Assembly (NCBI GenBank): GCA_002269645.1
Contig: NIVC01003405.1
Location: 35,446-99,445, forward strand
Direction of reading: 5' to 3'
Length of the DNA: 64,000 nt
DNA from: Macrostomum lignano
Lineage: Eukaryota
Part shown: one piece after another, positions 60,151-64,000 of the stretch
Position numbering within the stretch: position 1 is the stretch's first letter
How the letters are laid out: every line of letters begins with the position of its first letter
Position numbers and translations under genes: made by a program
Notes under the pieces: generated by a model
What the model was told of the DNA's origin: nothing
The model's database searches: none
Seen by the model: the letters and a program-made list of their open reading frames with translations, nothing else

Positions 60151-63100
60151 ATGACAAAACAAAGAGAAAAAACGGAACAACAAATAGTGGAGGACGACAC
60201 CGCGTCAGTAGAGAGCTTCAGCTCCTACTACAAGTCATCGGCATGTTCGCAGTTTGGTTACTTATTTTTGTTAATGCTGAAGCTGAAAACCTGGTGGTTT
60301 CTGCTTCTTATACTACCGGTGTCGTTGGTTCTATCCAACATGTACCTGCCGATGCTTATCAAACCGATCACTGAAAGCTATAAGGAAAATCTCAGGATCT
60401 ACACTACATCGGAATTTACTGCCGAAGAGAAACGAGTTTTAGTGGACCGGAAAAGCTTCCCAGCTGAGGTCGCGGCCCTGGAGAGAATCGCCAAAGATCG
60501 AGGCGGTACTACTGGTTGGCTCGTGGACTGCACACCGGAGAGCAAGTGCAGAGAGGGCTTAATTTCCGAAAGAGAACAGACCAGCGCTTACATCCGGTTT
60601 TCCAAGAATTCCAACGTCACTAGGGCCATATCGGAGTGTTTATGGGTGAAAGATTCGAGCCTCAGGTGTGTCTTTACTTACCAATTGATGGTTCAAGCCA
60701 TTTTTAGTGCCAATGGCACGGAAAACAGTGAATTCAACGATGTTCAGTTTTTCACCCTGAAGGATTTCAAAGATTTTAACAACAACGATGACAAAATCAT
60801 CAATGATGTGGAATTAAAAAGATCAAAATGTTCCGAGTGGATAATTAAAGGCTTGCCCGTATTTGATGATAACCTTGAAGTCTACATTGAGGCTTCGTTA
60901 TCTCTGTCTACAATTGGCATCGCCTTGTACTTTCTGGTCGCGACTGCTTTTCGCATGAGAGCCATCAAGCAGAACGGCTTTCTAAAGCAGCTCTTTCTAA
61001 GCGGCCTGTCTGTGACAAGCTACTGGACAGTCATCTGGCTGATTACTTTAGTAGAATGCTTGGTCTTTTCTGGATTTTTTGTCATGTCCTATGTGCTTCA
61101 ATGTCCGGGAATTTATCCCGCTAAAAACGTTCTCTGCGTATTTCTAGTCCTTAACCTCTACTGTCTCGTGTGGGCTGGCATTATATTTACTGTTGAACTC
61201 TTGTTCCGTCTGCACTTGCCGCATTGATGATAACCCTGCTGGTCTCCTTCGGACAGATTTTCATACTATTCGGCGATGAAGACAGCAGGGACGTTTTTAC
61301 CGTTCCTCTTTCCACCAATGCACATCAAGAGCTACATTTTCACTCACATGAGTGCGGACATCAGGCACAGGCTGACCGGCAAGGATCCACTTGCAAACCA
61401 AAGTTCTCCCCATCTATCCGTGCTTTTATCAATTTCTGGCACAGTGCTGTTTTTCTCCCTGCTGGTTACATACCTTGACGGTTTGTTGAATTCTGGCAAC
61501 GGTCTCAATCTGCCATGGTATTATCCTCTGACTTGCAGATTCTGGTTTCCAGAAAAGGCAAAAGACGATGACAGAGTGCACCTGTCAAACAAAGTGGTTG
61601 AAGATCCCGCCGTTGAAGTTGTGACCGGTCTTTCTGTATCTATCATCGCTGATAGGATTAGCAAGTCATACGACAACTGCTGCGGCTGCTGGCTTGGTCC
61701 TGAAGTTCTGCACAGAATGTCATGTACGTGCACTGCCTTTGCCTCTAATATGGGTAGGCAGGACAAGGATTGGGTGCATTGAGGAAATTTGCTATAACTA
61801 TATCGATAGGAATACCTATGTCTGTAAAATTTCGCTGCTTTGTTGGTTGCAGCAAGTCATTGATCAAGGTAAAACCTAAGCTTAATATGCCATTGCAGGC
61901 CTGGTGTACCGGGACCAAGTTACGGCTCTGGTTGGCCACAGCACCTCCGGAAAGTCAACCATGTTGAAGATTCTCACTGGAGATGAGCAGCCGACGAGCG
62001 GCACCGCCTACGTAGCCGGCTTCAGAGTGACAGATCCGTTGGAGCGGCTGGCGGCCAGGGGGGTCTTCAGCGTCTGCCCTCAGATTGACTCGCTGTGTGG
62101 CTCGCTGACCTCAATGGAGTGCATCGAAGCAGCGCTGATCAGCAGGGGAGCAAACTTTCCGAGCGAGCTGGACAGGGCGCGAGTTATGCTTGAACAGCTG
62201 CAAGTTCGAGGCATCGAAACCGCCAAGACAAGGGAACTGAGTGCCAGTCAGAAAAGAAAGCTCAGCACAGTCATTGCTCTATTGGCCGATCCCGACGTCG
62301 TGTTTCTAGACGAGCCCACCAACGGTTTGGATCCAATATCCGCTCTACAACTGTGGGGACTGCTGCAAGAGGAAAAACAGGGCCGATCGATAGTCGTGTG
62401 CACTGAGTCCATGCACGAAGCGGATCTTCTTGCCGACAGGAAAATGATATTGTGCGATGGGGACCTCGTCTGTGCCGGCACCTCACAGTTTTTACAGCGG
62501 CTATTCGGATGTAGGGCAACCTTGAACGTCAAGTTAAAGCGAGAAAAGGATTTTAGTAGATTGCTAATGGAACTTCCTCAAACGCGACTCAAACAAAGAA
62601 AAAGCGTCGAAGTTCAGCTTGAGGTGAAGGACTCCGGGTCCCTTCGCATGCTGGATGAGGTGGTAAAAAAGCTGGAGAACAGCAAAGATATTGTTGCATC
62701 ATTCAGCGTCTCACAAACCACCATTGGTGATGTCTTCAAAAAGCTCGATGGTATGACAATTTCAGAATTTTCGCAACATCTTCGCTCTGGAAAATTGTCA
62801 GAATATCTGGAAGACATCTACAACGACATGAGCAGCACCAATCCGGATCTGAGCCAATCGCAGACGAGCGCATCGAGTGTATCACCGTCCTCAATAAGAA
62901 GATTTGGTGGGATTTTTATTATCAATATGAAGCGTCAGTTGAGAAGTGCCTGGCAAATTGTTGGCCGAATTGTACTGCCTCTAATCTTCCTATTGAGCTT
63001 GAGCGTCTGGTGTCCATTAATGATGAGCGCCTACAACTCTCAGCCGAAGATTGATTCAGTCAAGGAAATGCAGGAGACGGACACCTACAGTGGACTCTTT

Positions 63101-64000
63101 GGCGTAAAGTCTCAAACGTATTCAAAAGCAACGAACCTAAGAATAGTGTGCATGCGCGACAGCGAAATAGTTGAAACTTACGATACAGAATTTTGCAGAA
63201 AACTTCAGCTGATGGAAAAGACTTTAGTGAAGCCTCGAATTATATTGAAGCCAAAAACTGAGTCGATGAAAAAATTCTTGCAACAACCAAGCACGATACG
63301 TCAGTTAAGACAAGGATGCAAGGGAATCGAAGACGTGATGCCGCCGTGCATAGTGTACTATTCAACGGTATGGAATCAGAGTTTTCCCAATAATCAGCGC
63401 TCGATTTCCATTGGCGTCTTCTTGGATGCCAACTCCGTAGATGATACGTCTCACGCGTTGCGAAGAGGATTCGCAAAGATTTCACAATTTTTCGGAGCTG
63501 GAGATGTGAAAAATACCACTGCGCTATCAAATCTTCTGCCATTCAGTCAATACGGTTACTTTAATATTGAGATTCTTCTTCTCTTTGCTTTCTTCTGTCT
63601 ATTCTCGGCCTCTTTCATCAGAGATGTTGTCGAAGATATTACTAGCAATGTGCAGCTGCAATTCTTAGCAACGGGTATGAGTCGCTGGTCATATTGGGCC
63701 CATACGTTCTTTGTGCACTGGTTCCAATACGCAATTTGCTTTTCGATCGCGGCTTCGGTGCCAATTATTTGGGAACGCTACAGGAGTCTGTTCTATCTAT
63801 TAAATGTATATCTGCCTGTGTTGCTTTTTGGCACAGCATCGAATCAACTGACAGCTTACGTCATCGCTTCTTTGTCAACCTCATCATTAGCTGTCACTAC
63901 GGTATGCTATCAAATCTTCACGCTGTTGATGCAATGGATTTTAGTAACCATGCACTTGCAGGGCATTCCACTTTTTGCCCTTCTTATTTTCTTGCTGCCC
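60151..64000 (+). CDS. ABCA-subfamily ABC transporter (TMD1-NBD1-TMD2, runs off window); two compensating frameshifts near 61205-61280; one intron 61724-61898
   Basis: NLPWYYP..FW linker. NBD1 with GHSTSGKST, VCPQ, LSASQKRKL, VFLDEPTNGLDP, ESMHEADLLADR. SVSQTTIGDVF matches the ABCA regulatory motif. The frame from 61899 is open to the window end, including TMD2 (LQFLATGMSRWSYW). A 3' acceptor lies 9 nt before the ATG. Confidence 0.85.

Noticed and set aside
61225-61233. Selenocysteine or stop readthrough in the ABCA gene
   Set aside because: Three consecutive stops including TAA, and the alternative frame supplies the expected TM helix.

Overview
This is eukaryotic animal genomic DNA with GT-AG introns, very GC-rich exons carrying poly-Ala/Gln tracts, AT-rich spacers and dense minisatellites. 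The style suggests a flatworm such as Macrostomum; that assignment is inference only. The minus strand carries a run of co-oriented genes: a GLUT8/Tret1-like sugar transporter (54190-50358, 4 exons plus a duplicated TM1 exon), NUP205 (48245-25227, 16 exons, one apparent 1-nt frameshift), a small TMEM141-like membrane protein, SNAPIN, a possible two-exon orphan gene, and a divergent intronless PP1 inhibitor-2 (PPP1R2)-like gene. An intron-poor ABCA transporter with non-canonical NBD1 motifs starts at 60151 on the plus strand and runs off the window. Almost every NUP205 intron holds its own unrelated minisatellite, and several of these repeat units copy the intron's own 5' splice site. Mobile DNA includes a non-autonomous LTR element with identical LTRs, PBS, PPT and TSD; a Tc1/IS630-like deletion derivative; a foldback element with an 8-bp TSD; two tRNA-derived SINE families with TSDs; an RTE LINE 3' fragment; and several MITE-like hairpins. 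No CRISPR, rRNA or bona fide tRNA gene is supported.
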